From: Macrostomum lignano
Taxonomy: Eukaryota
Assembly (NCBI GenBank): GCA_002269645.1
Contig: NIVC01000175.1
Coordinates: 248,001 to 312,000, forward strand
Direction of reading: 5' to 3'
Length of the DNA stretch: 64,000 nucleotides
The notes below the pieces were generated by a model. The model did not search any database. It saw only the letters and a list, made by a program, of their open reading frames with translations, and was not told the origin of the DNA. The position numbers and the translations under genes were made by a program. Below are positions 47,739-61,585 of this stretch, one piece after another; the first letter of the stretch is position 1, and every line of letters starts with the position of its first letter.

Positions 47739-47945
47739 CCATAGTCAGGAAGGTGTCCAGTGTACGCCGGAATGAAAATTAAGAAAAAATGTTGTGTACG
47801 CTAAAATTGAAAAGCCCTAAAAAAGCGCTTTTTGACGTACGCCAAAATTGAATAGCCCAAAAAAGCGTACGCCGAAATTGAGGACCCAAAAAAACGCTGC
47901 AATTTACAGATTTAAAATTTACGTATTAATTACCCATTTAAAAGT

Positions 47946-50900
47946 TCATTTGTTTTCAGACAACGATTCTGACAGAGACTTATCGGCTCCGACGAACGGA
48001 CACCGACTACCCTGTTCCCGGCGCCGATCAATCACTTTGCTAGATTCATACTTCTTGCGAGCCCGGGCTTTGGGGTCGAAGAAGAGTGGTCCACGGTGTT
48101 GCCGCAAGCTTCTTTGACTGTCGCCAGTGTAATAAAGTTTCGCAGCTCGTCCCAAGAGTCGCTCATTGGCACTGGTACCCACTGGCGGCAGCATCCAGCG
48201 CAGCTTCGTTCTTACCTCGAGCGTGTCGTTGAGCTGACCGCCGATTTTTTGCTGCGAGCGCATTGTCGCGTAGTAGGATTCGACAATCGCTTCTAAAAAA
48301 ACGAAAGTTTCCATAATTACAAAGTATTAAAATTCTGCATACCTAAAACTTTTCAGACTAGCTCATGCTCACCTGTGCCGCCGCGGTGAAGAGCAAAGTC
48401 GAGCAACAGACACGTGGCTTGACCAGCGCGGGAATAAACCCGAGGGTCCTTGTAAAAAGCCGCGTATACTGCTGACTCGTTAAGCGTGGCGCAGACAGAC
48501 TCGCCTGGCTCTGTAGTCAGTCGCAGTCGAAGCGCCAGATCGCCTGACTTGCGGGGTTCCGCAGAGACCTTAATAATGCGACCCTGTACAGCAGGTGTGA
48601 GCCAGTTATCTCGGCCGTCGCCTGAGATGAATGCCTCGTGAATAGTCGTGATAAAAGCCTCCAAATACTTCCGTGATAGGGACGACTTCACGTGCGGTGC
48701 GAGACGCTCGTGCTTTTCAGCAAGGCGGACGAGGTGCTTCATCTCAACGGCATGAGTTGCATTCTCGACTGCCTCTTCGATGTCCTCGGCAGTCAACAGG
48801 CTAACGACAGATGCTGCATCCAGGACAATTGACGGATCCCTGACGCAGCATTTCTCCAATCGCGCAAGAAAGGAGCGGTGCAGGCTTGAAGCCAACTGGA
48901 CTAGGTCCTGGAGAGAATTATAAATATATATAAGTGCGTTAATACACTAATCATGACATGACAGAAGTTTATACTTTTACACAGTAGCGGTGCTAAAACT
49001 CAGTTAAAAATTACCCGCTCCATATCCTGGGACTCTCGGAGTTGCCAGTCGACCCTGCTGCTTGGCCTACCGGTGCGTTGGTTGCCTCGAGCGGTCACCG
49101 TGGGCTTGTCCGGCAGTACAAGCCATCCGCCCATCAATTCGACCGATTTGAATGAGCCTCCCGGTTTGATGGACTCAGAAGGGCTGTAAAAATTGAAGTG
49201 AAGTAGGAAAGAAATGAATGCGCAAATTTAAGCCCTTTAAATATAATTTAAGCCCTTACATATAGGCCCAAATCATTTACCTGCAGTCGTGGGTAATCCT
49301 CAACTCGGAAAACCTCTGAGGGATCAGCAAAATGCTTCGCTACCCGATCGGCCAGCACGGAAACCTTCCAGTGAGGCAACTGGAGGTTCTGAGCCACTTC
49401 CATCAGGGAGATTAGTGGACCAAAAAGGTCCTGCAGGCACAGCAAGTCAAAAACGAAGTCGCTTCCGAACATTGCATATTGCGACTCTTCGTCATCAGAG
49501 CAGCACGGATTTTCTGCTCGAAATGCGGTGTGCAGAGCGGCGTAATTTGCCTCAATGGCGGACCACTGTCTAAAAAAAGAAGCGTAGTGGGAGGAAATTA
49601 AATAAATTTTTATTTACGCTTTTCATCACCATTTTTATTAGACTATTTATTGATAATAGCTGGTACTTACTTGATTGCAGAGCTCGTGAAACGCTGGGCT
49701 GCGAAATGCGACATCGCTCGAGCTGAACCGTCTGACGCCTCTTTCAGTGCTGCCTCACCACGACCATGGCTGAAATAGGTAGCAAAAAAATTCGCTCGCT
49801 TTATAAACCGGCGCAATGACTCCCCATCAGGTCCATCGCGAACATCAGTGACGACCAGATTCAAGTAGTGTGCCGCATCCCACATCACAGGAATCTTTTC
49901 GACGTCATCGACAGGGGCCCCGAGCTCGGTCCGAATAGCGCGGCAGAATGTGCCAGCTTGGTACTGGCCATCAGCGACGATACCCATGATGCTTGCAGTG
50001 GGCGTCTTCAACACCTGATAGATTCAAAATGATGAAATTAAGCACTCGTCTAATTTAAAGTTTAAAACTGTTAGAATCCCTTCAATCGTCCAAAAAATAA
50101 TACGTTAGTGACGGTTACCTTAAGTGTCTGCATTAGTCTTTTGACCAGGGCTTCCCCATCTGCTTGCATTGCAGAGTCGTACACAGCAGGTGCACCCGCA
50201 GGAATCGCTACGGCTTCGCCATTTTCGCAGCGAGCTAGAAGGAGTGCCGCCTGATTCGTTGTGCGGCCTGGGGTGCTTTTGTCGCAGGTGATGGTCAGCA
50301 GAGGCGGCTGTCCAGTCGAAGGCAGAGGACACCGCAGAAACTCTGCACTTTCGTCGTTTACGCAGGCGTCTAATGACTTCCATAGTTCTTTGCAGAATGC
50401 ACTGTGTAAGGAGGGAGGGTAGGTGAAATGACAAAGTTATTATTTATTAAGTATATCTGATTGCATTTAAATAAAATTATTTATAGATATGTTTGCAGGT
50501 AAACTTACAAGCCATGGCCAATCTGACCAACTTCACAATCAGACGCATCGAGCAGACTCATTAGAGTCTCGTAATGCGAACCCGCAGCAGCCATTTCAAT
50601 TGTCGCAATAGCACAGCGGAGAAGGGTGCGCACAACCTTGCCTTGTGCCGTCTGTTGTACGACTTCGGTTCGGTAGTCCTTCACAGCCGAATAGTGGGTC
50701 TTGCTTGTCGAACAGTGGTTTACGAGTTCATTGCGAAATTTGGAGAACTCGTCCACACCACTTAGCAAACCTGCGACTCGTTCGGCTGAAAGTCGTAGCC
50801 CTCTGCTGAAGGACTTATTCTTTTCAGTGGTGGTGGGGTTCCTGGAAAAGTGAAAAGCTCGGTACATTAACACCTTAAGTACTTCTTTAAGACTATCCCG

Positions 50901-52109
50901 TCTAAACGGACTCTACATACAGTACATATAAAAAACATTCGACTTACAGAATGCTGTAGATTTGCTCGGCTGTACAGTTGGTAGGCATCAGTTTCGACTT
51001 GCAGAGGAACGTGACACAGGGAACGCAGTTAAAAATCGAGTCACCATTCTCGCACGACTTGAGCGAACAAAACTCAAACTGCAGTAACTCAGCGAAATTA
51101 TTTGTGGCCGCCACATCATCGTTGCCGAGGTCGATTTTGGACTTATTTTCTTGATTGCTGCCCTTACTACATTTAGATGTAGCAACAGCATTGACGGATA
51201 TATTTTCAAGCAGTTTTTTCATCTGCACAATCTCCTGCGTCTGTGACTCGAACGCCTTTTGCAGAGCAGTGATCTTCTTAGCCATGTTTTCTGGAGCTGG
51301 TGCTGAATCAACAGCTTCGAGTCGCAACTGTAGACGACACTGCAGGTCTGTCTGCTGCTGCTGACCGGATGACTGCTGCTGATCGGATGACTGCTGCTGA
51401 CCGGATGACTGCTGCTGACCGGATGACTGCTGCTGATCGGATGACTGCTGCTGATCGGATGACTGCTGCTGATCGGATGACTGCTGCTGATCGGATGACT
51501 GCTGCTGATCGGATGACTGCTGCTGATCGGATGACTGCTGCTGATCGGATGACTGCTGCTGATCGGATGACTGCTGCTGATCGGTTGACTGCTGCTGATC
51601 GGATGACTGCTGCTGATCGGATGACTGCTGCTGATCGGATGACTGCTGCTGCTGCTGTTCAGACTGATCAACCTCAGCACTCAAGTCGTCCTCTTCGTCT
51701 TCCACAGTAGCTACATTTTGCAGGGCACGCTCATTCAACAGCCTTCGAACCTCCTGGTTATCTCTTCGAGCGAAATCAGGAGGTGCATGTCCAACACCTT
51801 TGCGCCCCTGGTGTTGACTCTTACAGTGCCGATTAAGATCATGTGGAAGACCACGGACTGTTCGGCAGTTTCGCAAATTTCGACCAGCCCTTAAGCAGGA
51901 CAAACAGTAGTGCACATCCTGTGCAATTACTCTTTTGGGTTGCTTGGCTTCTAACTGACTTGGGCCAGAATTACTAACAGACTTTCGCTTGCGATTGTTA
52001 GAATTAGAAATAGGCTGCAGCTGATTTGGGGTTGCAAAAAATCCCCAGCCTTCTTTAAGACCTGTCTTAGGACCAGCTGCCTTTGATGAATTAGAAGCAG
52101 CCGAAAAAC
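47946..52109 (-). CDS. Multi-exon hAT-superfamily-like transposase (at least 8 exons, about 1170 codons)
   Basis: Exons 52109-50948, 50901-50509, 50401-50119, 50014-49671, 49569-49281, 49173-49015, 48907-48373 and 48292-47946 join in frame at GT-AG junctions (one needs a weak GAG acceptor). Motifs: Zn-finger-like CLSC...H...H, TCDKST, WDAAH, GGTEAIVES. Confidence 0.72.
51352..51655. repeat. 18-bp coding minisatellite, about 16 copies, encoding (SSDQQQ)n
   Basis: Unit CTGCTGCTGATCGGATGA; in frame within the large transposase exon. Confidence 0.93.
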
Positions 52110-53275
52110 CTGTTTTAGTGAAAGGGTTTTATTGGGGCTACTTAAGGGGTTTAAAATAATGTTGCTATAGAATAGATAGAAAGGGCGGGGATTAATATAA
52201 TATGGTAATAATGAAAATGGTCTTGGTCTGATGACTCTGATTTTGAATGCTACATACATTCTACCTACAGGCACAGCCTACAGCTTTGGATTGCATTGCT
52301 ACATATATACAAAACTAATTAACTAACTGTATTGTCTAAGAAAAGTAAGTCAAAAATTTATAATAAGTCAACAATAAAATAAAGTTAAGTATGAGTATGG
52401 CAGTATCAGCTATCACCTATCAATCACTATCAAATCAATGTATGAGTCAGAGTCAGATCTCATGTAAATAATAGAATGTGAAATTAAACAATATACATAC
52501 TTTATACTTATTGATGTTTGACTACACTACACTAAAATAGAACATATACATATATTGGATTTGGATTGGATAAAAACTGGCCTACTTGTCGGAATCTGAC
52601 AATCAATAACAATAACATGAATCATCATGAATGAATGACTAGACTTAAGACTTAATGACTAGACTTGTCAATGTTAACAAAAGTATAGGCAAGGCTGTAG
52701 CCTGTAGCCTGTACTGTATGTATCATGTATGCTATGGGCATGGCTGCATTAGCTGATTAGCATAATATATTTAAAAGCAAAATTTGAGAATCAAGGCTAT
52801 TCATATTGGTCCCTAGCTCAATGTTTAATATTCTGTCTAAAATTTATTTTCTTCAGAACTTATAATTTATAATAAAAGATAAGAAAAGAATATTGAAAAC
52901 AGGCAATTAGCAAACAGGCAGCCAGGCTCAACAGCAATAGGCCACACTTACTAGAATCAATAGCTGAGCTAAGTGAGCTTGAAGTTGAATCCAAAGCTTT
53001 ATCAATAGCATTGACATTATCAGAAGAAACTTCCATCTCCTCGACCTCGTCCTCAGTGTCAGTGTCAGTGACAGTTAAATGTCCTTTTGCAGTTTTACTG
53101 TCTCGGCTTTTTGCAGTCTCAGTTGGGGCTTAGGGCTAGGGCCCTAACTAGGCCTTCAGACGTTCAGGATTGTGTTTATTGGACAAGGCTATGCAGAGCC
53201 AATAGCAGCTACATGAACTTTTTGGTCTGTCTAGACACAAGAGTCTAGTCTGTTGAGCTATACTTTAGCCCCGTC

Positions 53276-53313
<38 letters not shown>

Positions 53314-54058
53314 TTGAGCAGGGCAGGAAGTAAAAAGATTTTCCTTCGTATATAGCCGCGAACAGAATTCGAATTACGTACAAATTCGTAATTCACATAC
53401 GGACAGTTCCCAGAATCATACATACATATTGATTTGTAGACTATGCTTTCTCCAATCTGAATCTGGACGTTCTGTCGCATACATGCAGATAGTATAAAGT
53501 TACTGTAGCAAATTACATGTACATGTAGGTAAGTAAGTGACTACAGCTGAACGTTTTATAATGTTTTCAGTATGCCATTTGTTGTATTCCCGAATACAAC
53601 AAAATCAGTTTACAGCATTGGAGAGCTTTATTGAATTTTTATTACATTTTTTAATTAATAACTGGCAAGCCATGCAAGAACCATCCAATTAAGAAGCAGG
53701 ATAACCGAAAAGCAAAATCATAAGTTCGAGCTAGGGTGGAATTGTCTTTGAAAGCAAATTTTTTATGAAAAGCTAGAAATTTTCGTCGGAGGCAGAAGAG
53801 GTAGAAAAATAGAAGAAAAAACATACTTTTTTAAAATTAGGGTTACTGGAGAAATGAAAACCGCTTTAAACTTTTTAGCAGAGATAATTAAACTAGTATT
53901 CAATTTTTATTCGCATTTTTTGGAAGCCAACAAATAATTTTTATGCTGAACTCTGTAGCAGACGCTCAGTTAGATGAGTAGGTGCAATAGCGTGTGACAA
54001 GTTAACTTGACTTGACGACTTGACTTCCTTTAGTTTCATGTATAATCTTGAGTTAGTT

Positions 54059-54476
54059 TGTTGCAGTTTGTTTCGCGTAATTATTTTTACTTTTGAATAC
54101 ACGCCAACGTGTCACGGAGGGTTTAAATTCGTGCTGACTTGTCATGCCACGTCATCCTAAAAGGCCATAGACACTTTAGGGCAAGTTTTAGTGAGGGAGG
54201 AAGGCAGCAATCTTTTACACTGCTCAAGATTTCCCAAACCTAGAATTGCTTAAGATTTACAATATTTCGCAAGTCATGGCAGGACGTCCAGCTGCACCAT
54301 CATTTATAATCCCACCTGCTGAGGTTGTACCTGCTGCCAATCTAATTTTGAGGATTCAGTGACAAAGGAGCGATGTTATAGTCCTGTTAATGTTCACTTA
54401 TTTGATTGTTCATAACTTCGTGACACGTTAGCGTGTATTCAGAAGTAAAAATAATTACGCGAAACAAACTGCAACA
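54059..54476. mobile_element. MITE-like element with 58-bp inverted repeats carrying a MAGRPAAP transposase start
   Basis: 54059-54116 vs 54419-54476, two mismatches. The internal MAGRPAAPSFIIPPAEVVPA resembles the N-terminus of ORF 27952-28284. Confidence 0.7.
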
Positions 54477-55819
54477 TTGCCGTTAGAAGATATCAGTTTA
54501 AATCTTTACGGATTGTATTTATATGAATTAATAAATAAAGTACTCTTGCCAAACAAGCTGTTCAAGGTTAACTTGAGGGAGGAGAGACTCCGTCTTATTG
54601 TCTGTCTGTCTGTCTGTGTGTATCTGGCTGTCTATGATAATCTCTCTTTCCCCTATGATCCCTCTCCCCCAAAAAATAAGTCAAACCATGAAGGCAAGCC
54701 AAACTATCAAAAATGTAACATCGTAAACTTGTCTACAAACTTGTCCGAAAAATTCGGCAAAAATCGTGTGACTGCACCTGTGTGTATTCTAATATCAAAA
54801 CATAACTAAAAGTAAGCGCTCGGGACAGAGAACCGCAAAAAACAAGTCAAAATGAAAGCAAGGAACCCAGAAATCGAAGAAGACACTGTCTTCTTTACCA
54901 GAATTAATTTATGGTAGCTGTAGCGAAAGTTTTTAAGCGTCATTTTTAGTCAGTTAATTCTGTTTTCACTGAACTTAAGTTACTAAACCAGTAATTAAAC
55001 TGGTTTTAAATAAACCTTCATCTGTTTCTCATTTTCTAATCGTGTTGCTATGGTGACAAGTATCCAGGTATCCAGGCGATATCCAGGTGCAGGTTTGTGG
55101 TGCCCCTATGGCATCGCAGCGGCCATGCAGGCCATTGGCGTTGAACATCCTGGGCCCCAAGTCCGGCTAGACACAGAAAGCCGACAGCCCAGAGCTTCGG
55201 CAATGGCAGAGCGCGCTGGAAGCCCTCGTAGCGATCGGGCAGAATCTGAATGAGAGTGCAAAATGTGTTTTTGGCTGGTTAGTCTTGTTATCTTCGTTAC
55301 ATATCGCTGTAGATTCTGGGGGTTGATTCTGGGGGGTAAAGACCCATGGGGGGATTCTGAAGGTTATTTGCTTAAGACGAACGAGTCAATTGTGGATAGA
55401 ATGTACTTATCTGTTGTAGTAGGATGCAATAACTCGTAGGATGGTAGGATGCAGTGCCGCCAAGTATCAGAACGTAGCCGAGTGGCCAAACCACGGCTAG
55501 CCAGCCAGGCTGCTGGGGTGCTGGAATTGAACTTAATTGGTTGCATTGAACAGCAGTCCTAAGTAATATTTTTTTAATATAAATCGGAACAGTGTGCAAT
55601 GCTTTTTTACTGATTACAACCTGCCAAGCTTATACTATGGTATGATCAATAAATAAGGAAGAAATTAAAGGCCAAGATTTTCAATTCAAAAAGTGGGCTG
55701 GGCAGAACCCTCGGGGCGAACCATTTTTATTTACTGGCAACCAAAACAAAAAAAATACAAAAAACACAAAACAACCCATTTCGCCCCGAGGGTTCATATC
55801 TGATTGTGAGGAAAGTTCT

Positions 55820-56160
55820 CGGAATTGTCTGTCTGTCTGTCCTTCTGTATGTCTGTCTGTCTGTCTTTCTGTATGTCTGTCTGTGTGTCCTGTATGTCTG
55901 TCTGTCTTTCTGTCCTTATGTATGTCTGTCTGTCTGTCTGTCCTTCTGTATGTCTGTCTGTCTGTCCTTCTGTATGTCTGTCTGTCCGTCTGTCCTTCTG
56001 TATGTCTGTCTGTCTGTCTGTCCTTCTGTATGTCTGTCTGTCTGTCTGTCCTTCTGCATGTCTGTCTGTCTGTCTGTCATTCTGTATGTCTGTCTGTCTG
56101 TCCTGTATGTCTGTCTTTCTGTCCTTCTGTATGTCTGTCTGTCTGTCTGTCTGTCCGTAG
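55820..56160. repeat. Compound (TGTC)n/TCTGTA microsatellite
   Basis: Direct reading. Confidence 0.95.
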
Positions 56161-56940
56161 TTTCTGTTTAAAAAAATGTTTAAAAAATTCCGAAAACTTT
56201 TCCCACAATCAGATGGCCCAGCCCACCCAATTTACAGAGCAGCACTGTCCACTGTCCATTGTCCACTGTCCATTGTCCACTGTCCAAGTTAACAGTTAAA
56301 CTGTTAAATTCTTAACCCGCTGCTGCGGAGGCGCCGAATGCGCCTCCGAGGTGGCGGCGGCGGCGGTGGTGGCAGCGGCGGTGGTTGTGGCGGCGGTGGC
56401 GGCGGCGGTGGCGGGGGCGCTAGATCCATCTGGAAAAGAAACCAGAGTTGAGTGAAAAAGGACCATTTTTCGCGCCATCTTAAAACTATAATGATGAATT
56501 GCGTCACTTAAAACATGATGCTAGTGTATGTCTAGAAAACATACTGCACATGTTCCCCACATACTACTTTTAGTAGCCTACTCTCTGTAGTTGCCTACAA
56601 AGTAAGGAGAGACACTAGGACAGACACTAAGACAGACACTGAGACACTAGGAGAGACACTGCAACACTGAGACAGTCTAAGAAAGACACTAAGATTGAGA
56701 CAGACACTGAGAAAGACACCAAGACAGACACTAAGAGATACTAAGACAGACACTGAGAGAGACACGAGACAGATAAATATAGCAGATATGATAGATATAA
56801 TTATATATAGCTTAAAACTAAATATATGACAGATATCTCTACATATAAAAATCAAAACTCTGTGTGTGTGTGTCTGTCTGTCTGTGGACAATTTTGATCG
56901 CTATGGCCTTCCAAACCGCTCAACCAAACCCAGATGAGTA

Positions 56941-57200
56941 AAAGGGGTTTCAAAATTGACCAACTTTCAGCTGCCATAAGTTTGCTCCACATAAAGCGAT
57001 TGACACCAAACTTGACACAATTTTTCATTGACTCATTCTCTGTCAAATTGTAAAGTTCCAACTCTGTAACCCAATCAGAACAGAAACTGTAAGCATGTGA
57101 AGTTTGTCTGCTTTTTCTGTTGTTTGTGCCACTCACTCACTCATTCCCCCAGAGCCAGACCAAGGGTCAGGCGATAGGGCTGAATGTACATGGCAATGTA
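56941..57200 (+). repeat. Dispersed repeat, second copy at about 60718-60971
   Basis: Long shared blocks, e.g. AACTTTCAGCTGCCATAAGTTT and CCACTCACTCACTCATTCCCCCAGA. Confidence 0.8.
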
Positions 57201-57719
57201 CAGTGTTTTGGAATAGCTTTGTTTATGGCTTTGTCTGCACCCCCGTGGAGAGGCTACCTTTAGCCATCCATATCAGTTTAGTGAGTAGCACTGTCCTCTG
57301 TATAGGCAAACTCTGCAGCAGTTTAACAGTGGATGGCAATTGGCAAATCAAGGTAATCCAGCATGGTTTGTAAAAGCGAAAGATTTATGAAAAGGCGATG
57401 CAATGCGATTCAACCCTACTAATTTAGTCACACGATGAAAATTTTAAGTTTCTCTTAAAGGTACTTTTAAATTTAAATGGCCTCCTTATCCTTGGTTGTT
57501 AGACTGTTGCAGACTGCAGTGGAGCTGAAGATACACAAATTCCTTTCAGGACATCAAATTGGCAAGAAAGATGACATGATCAAAGCGTGAGAACAACAAT
57601 GAGAGTAGTACATCCTACAAACTGGCTTTCGAAGCATGGATCGGCAGACTTTTACTTCAAAAGCCAGATAAAGAATCCAGCTTATGTGCGGGCCAGATGA
57701 GAGTGGAAAGGAGAAGGAA

Positions 57720-58860
57720 TAGACTATTAGAAGAGAGGAGAGGCGAGAAAGGGGTAAGAGAAAACATGGAAGATAAGAGGAGAGACAAGTGGTGAGGATA
57801 GAGCAGAGAAGAAGGGAGGAGGAAGCGAGAGGAGGGGAGAAAGAAGGGAGAGGAAAGAGTAAAGGTGAGAAGAGGGGAGAGATGAGACAGAGGATCGATG
57901 AGAGAGGAAGAGTAAAGAAGGTTTAGTAGAGAGTAGAGACGAGAGAGCAGAAAGAAGATAACAGAGGGTCAAGAGGAGAGGAGAGAGTAGAAAGGATAGA
58001 GAAGAGAGGAGATAAGAGGGGGGAGAGGAAAGAGATGAGTTTGTAGAGATGAGACAGATGACAGGAGAGATGAGAGAGTGAAGATGAGAGATGAAAAAGG
58101 TGAGAGGAGAGTGCAGAGAGACGAGAGAAGATAATAGAGGAGAGAGAGTATAGAAGAGGAATGAGAAAAGAAGAGAGGAGTAAGAAAAGAGAAGAGTCAG
58201 AAGAGAGGAAAGAGAAGAGTACACAGGAAAGAGGAGAGTAAAGATCGATGACAGAAGAGCGAGGGGGGATGAGAGAGAACAGACGAAGGAGAGATGAGAA
58301 GTGGGATAAGAGAGATATAGGAGGAGAGAGAGAAGAGAGAAGACAAGAGAGGGAGAGAGTATAGAAGAGGGAAGAGAAGAGAAGAGAAAATGAGAAAGGA
58401 AAGAGAGGAGTCAGAAGAGGTGAAGAGAAGAGTACAGAGGAGATAAGTGAGAGAACGTATAAGAGAGTAAAGATGACAAATGAGAGAGCAGAGATGAGGG
58501 TGAACAGACGAGAGATGGGAGAGTAGAGAGAACAGAGGAGAGACAAGAGAGATGAGATTACAGATACCAGAAGAGAGAGTAGAGACAAAGGGAGAAGTGA
58601 GTCAGGAGAAAGGAGAGGAAAGAAGAGAAGAGATGAGAGGAGAGAGAGAGAAAGGAAGAAGTAGAGAGGAGAGAAGAGAGAGAAGAGGGAAGTGTTAAGA
58701 GAGGGGAGAGTGAGAAGAGAGAGTAGAGAGAAATAAGAAGAGATAAAAGATGAGAGATGAGAGAGGAGAGGAAAGGAGAGAGAAAAGAGTAGAAAGCAGA
58801 GAGGGAAGAAGAGAAGAGATGAGAGGAGAGACAAGAGACGAGTGAAGAAGAAAAGAAGAT
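57720..58860. repeat. Degenerate GA-rich low-complexity tract (part of the dispersed family seen at 29990-30917)
   Basis: Direct reading; the flank at 58860-59060 matches the reverse complement of 29990-30160. Confidence 0.85.
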
Positions 58861-60158
58861 CCTGATATTCTGCACAGCATCCCAACAAGCAAAATAAATA
58901 GTTGCGTCAAATCTTAATTTCACACAAATTTACTCCATTTTATGTTTATCTCTATCCTAACTTTTAACAAGTTTTTGTTTGAGTGTGACTTGAGATGGTA
59001 GAATACATGAAAAAATAGTTCCAGGGATTGGAATTCCATGAGTTCAAAATCCGCGGGTTGCAACAGCTTGTAACTATATATAGCTTAAAACTAAATATAT
59101 ATACAGCTTATAAGGAACTGCATATATCTCATAACTAAATGCACATAGCTTAAAACTCACTATATATAGCTTATAACTAAGCAAATATTGCTTATTGTGA
59201 AGCGTAATATCAAGCTAAGGTTCTAGGAAATCGAACAATTTTAAAATTCAAAATGCCACCCACAATTTGTGCAAGCGGCAATCACAATTAAAGTATTTCA
59301 GGGCCAAGGAAGTGCGAAAGGGGGGGGGCGCCAAAAAGGGGCATTGGGGCATTTTGGGGTCTCTAAAGGAGAGGGCACTATACCCTTGCTTAGAGTAGCT
59401 TTCAACGAGCTAATGGCGCTCGTTGAAAGAATCTAATATATTCCATTGAAAAAACTTGATACCGTGCGCTTGCAGCAAAACTGAAATTTACAAAGAATTA
59501 TTCAAACAATGGCATTTCGCTTTAAAATTATTCGATTCCTTGAACTTACCTGTATTAAAAGACAAATTAAAAAAACCAAGTATAGCCGTTGAGCTTTCGC
59601 TCAAATATTTATATTCTATACAGGCCTATGCTTAAAATGAGAGACAATGATAGCCTTTTCTTTCCAGCTCTTTATATACGCTCCTTGATACTGGAAAGCT
59701 ATAAATTAACCTACACCGGGGGTTGTGGCCGTCGGAGAATCAACAAGCGAGAGGCCCATTAATCAAGGGGAGGGGTTGGCTTGACTGGCTCTCTGTGGGA
59801 GAATTCTTATTGGCCCGCGTGCTCAGTTTTGGGGTGGGTGTAAGGGACAGTGGCCCTCTCTCAATCTACGATAACTCCTTGGCTGCTTGCAAGTCAGCGT
59901 TCAAACTTATATGGAAAAAATATTCGGCTAATATATATTTAGAATTTGAATTTATAATGTATGTTAGAATATATAGAATATATAAGATGCAATATGTTTA
60001 GTTATAAGCTATATATAGTAAGTTTTAAGCTATACATGCATATGTATTAAATTATAAGCTATATATAGTTATATCTATACCTATAAAACAAAAACTCTGT
60101 GTTCTCTGTTTTTGGTTTAAAGCTAAGCTGTTTTTGTCCGCGAGGCACCTGGGAGTAC

Positions 60159-61325
60159 GAGATTTGGTAGCAGGAAATCTGCTAGCCGAAGTTTGCTAGC
60201 GAGAAATTAGCTTGCCGAAATCTGCTAGCCGAAATTTGCTAGCCGAAGCTTGCTAGCAGGAATTTTGCTAGCGAGGATTTTGCTAGCCGAGTGCTAGCCG
60301 AGATTTGCTAGCAGGAATTTTGCTGGGCGAAAGTTGCTAGCAGGAATTTTGCTAGCGAGGATTTAGCTAGCCGAAATCTGCTAGCGAGAATCCAACCAAA
60401 ACCGGCAAGCAGCAATTTGGCTAACCGAACTCAGGAAGTTTTGTTAGCTAGAGCCAATTTTCTTGTCCAGTTTCGCAAGAAGTTCACTAAATCCTCTATA
60501 GCGTCGCTCCACTTTTACATTTACCAAATACCAATCCTCTTCAATTTGGACACAATCCAATTTTCAACTATTTTGACACAATCGTGTATAAAGTTTCGAG
60601 TCTCGAAGTTAATTCTGAACGGCACTGTGTACTTTTAAAGTTAGTCTGCTTTTCGTCAGCGAGACAGCCACCCCAACCTCCGCCTCTCTGTCCTTCCTGA
60701 CCACTGGACAGATGTGTAAAAGGGGTTTAAAATAACTAACTTTCAGCTGCCATAAGTTTTCTCCACGTACAGCGATTGACTTCAAACTTGATACAATTCT
60801 TCATTGACTCATTCTCTGTCTAAATATGAAGTCTCAACTTTGTACCTCAGTTAGAACAGAAACTGTAGGCATGTGAAGTTTTTCTGCTTTTTCTGTTGTT
60901 TGTTCCACTCACTCACTCATTCCCCCAGACCAAGGATCAGGTGATAGGGCTCAATGTACATAGCAATGTACTTTTTAATAGCCTTCTCTGCTAACGTTTA
61001 GCCATGACAGTTCAGTAAGGAATTTAACTACTGTCCTACTACGAGCTATCTGATTGCGACTTGAGAGTAGTCTGTTCCCCACAATGACAAACTGACTTTC
61101 CAAGCACTTGAACTGATGTTGATGCTTTTACGAAGTTCGGTCAGCAAATTCCTGCTAGCAGATTTCGGTCAGCAAAATTCCTGCTAGCAAATCTCGGCTA
61201 GCAAAATCCTCGCTAGCAAAATTCCTGCTAGGAAGCTTCGGCTAGCAAACCTCGGCTAGCAGATTTCGGCAAGCAAATTTCTCGCTAGCAAATTTCGGCT
61301 AGCAGATTTCCTGCTAGCCAATTTC
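60159..61325. mobile_element. Foldback-like element with long TIRs made of about 15-bp GCTAGC-centred subrepeats
   Basis: The order of subrepeats at 60159-60390 is mirrored in reverse complement at about 61140-61325. Confidence 0.75.
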
Positions 61326-61585
61326 ATAAACCCATTCCAATCCCTGAAACTACTTTTGCATGTTTTTCAAAATCTGAAGTCACACTCCAACAAAATCTTG
61401 TCAATAGGGGGAGTCAAATGCGCCAGGAAGGCTAAAGGGACATGTCGATGGCGGGCAAGAGTCGCCCAAAACGCAGTGAAAGGCCCGGACTGCGCCTGAA
61501 CAAACGCAGTCAGCGCGGAAAAGGCAAGGGCGCTAAATTAAGCGGGGCGCCAGTTGTTTCACTAGAGCAGTTAGCATGTCCGCAG

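Noticed and set aside
55806-56507. Cys/Leu/Ser/Val-repeat and poly-Pro/poly-Ala ORFs
   Set aside because: Translations of (TGTC)n and (GGC)n microsatellites.
61400-61585. 3' LTR and polypurine tract of the Gypsy element
   Set aside because: No purine tract followed by TG on the element strand; the purine run at about 61407 is on the wrong strand.
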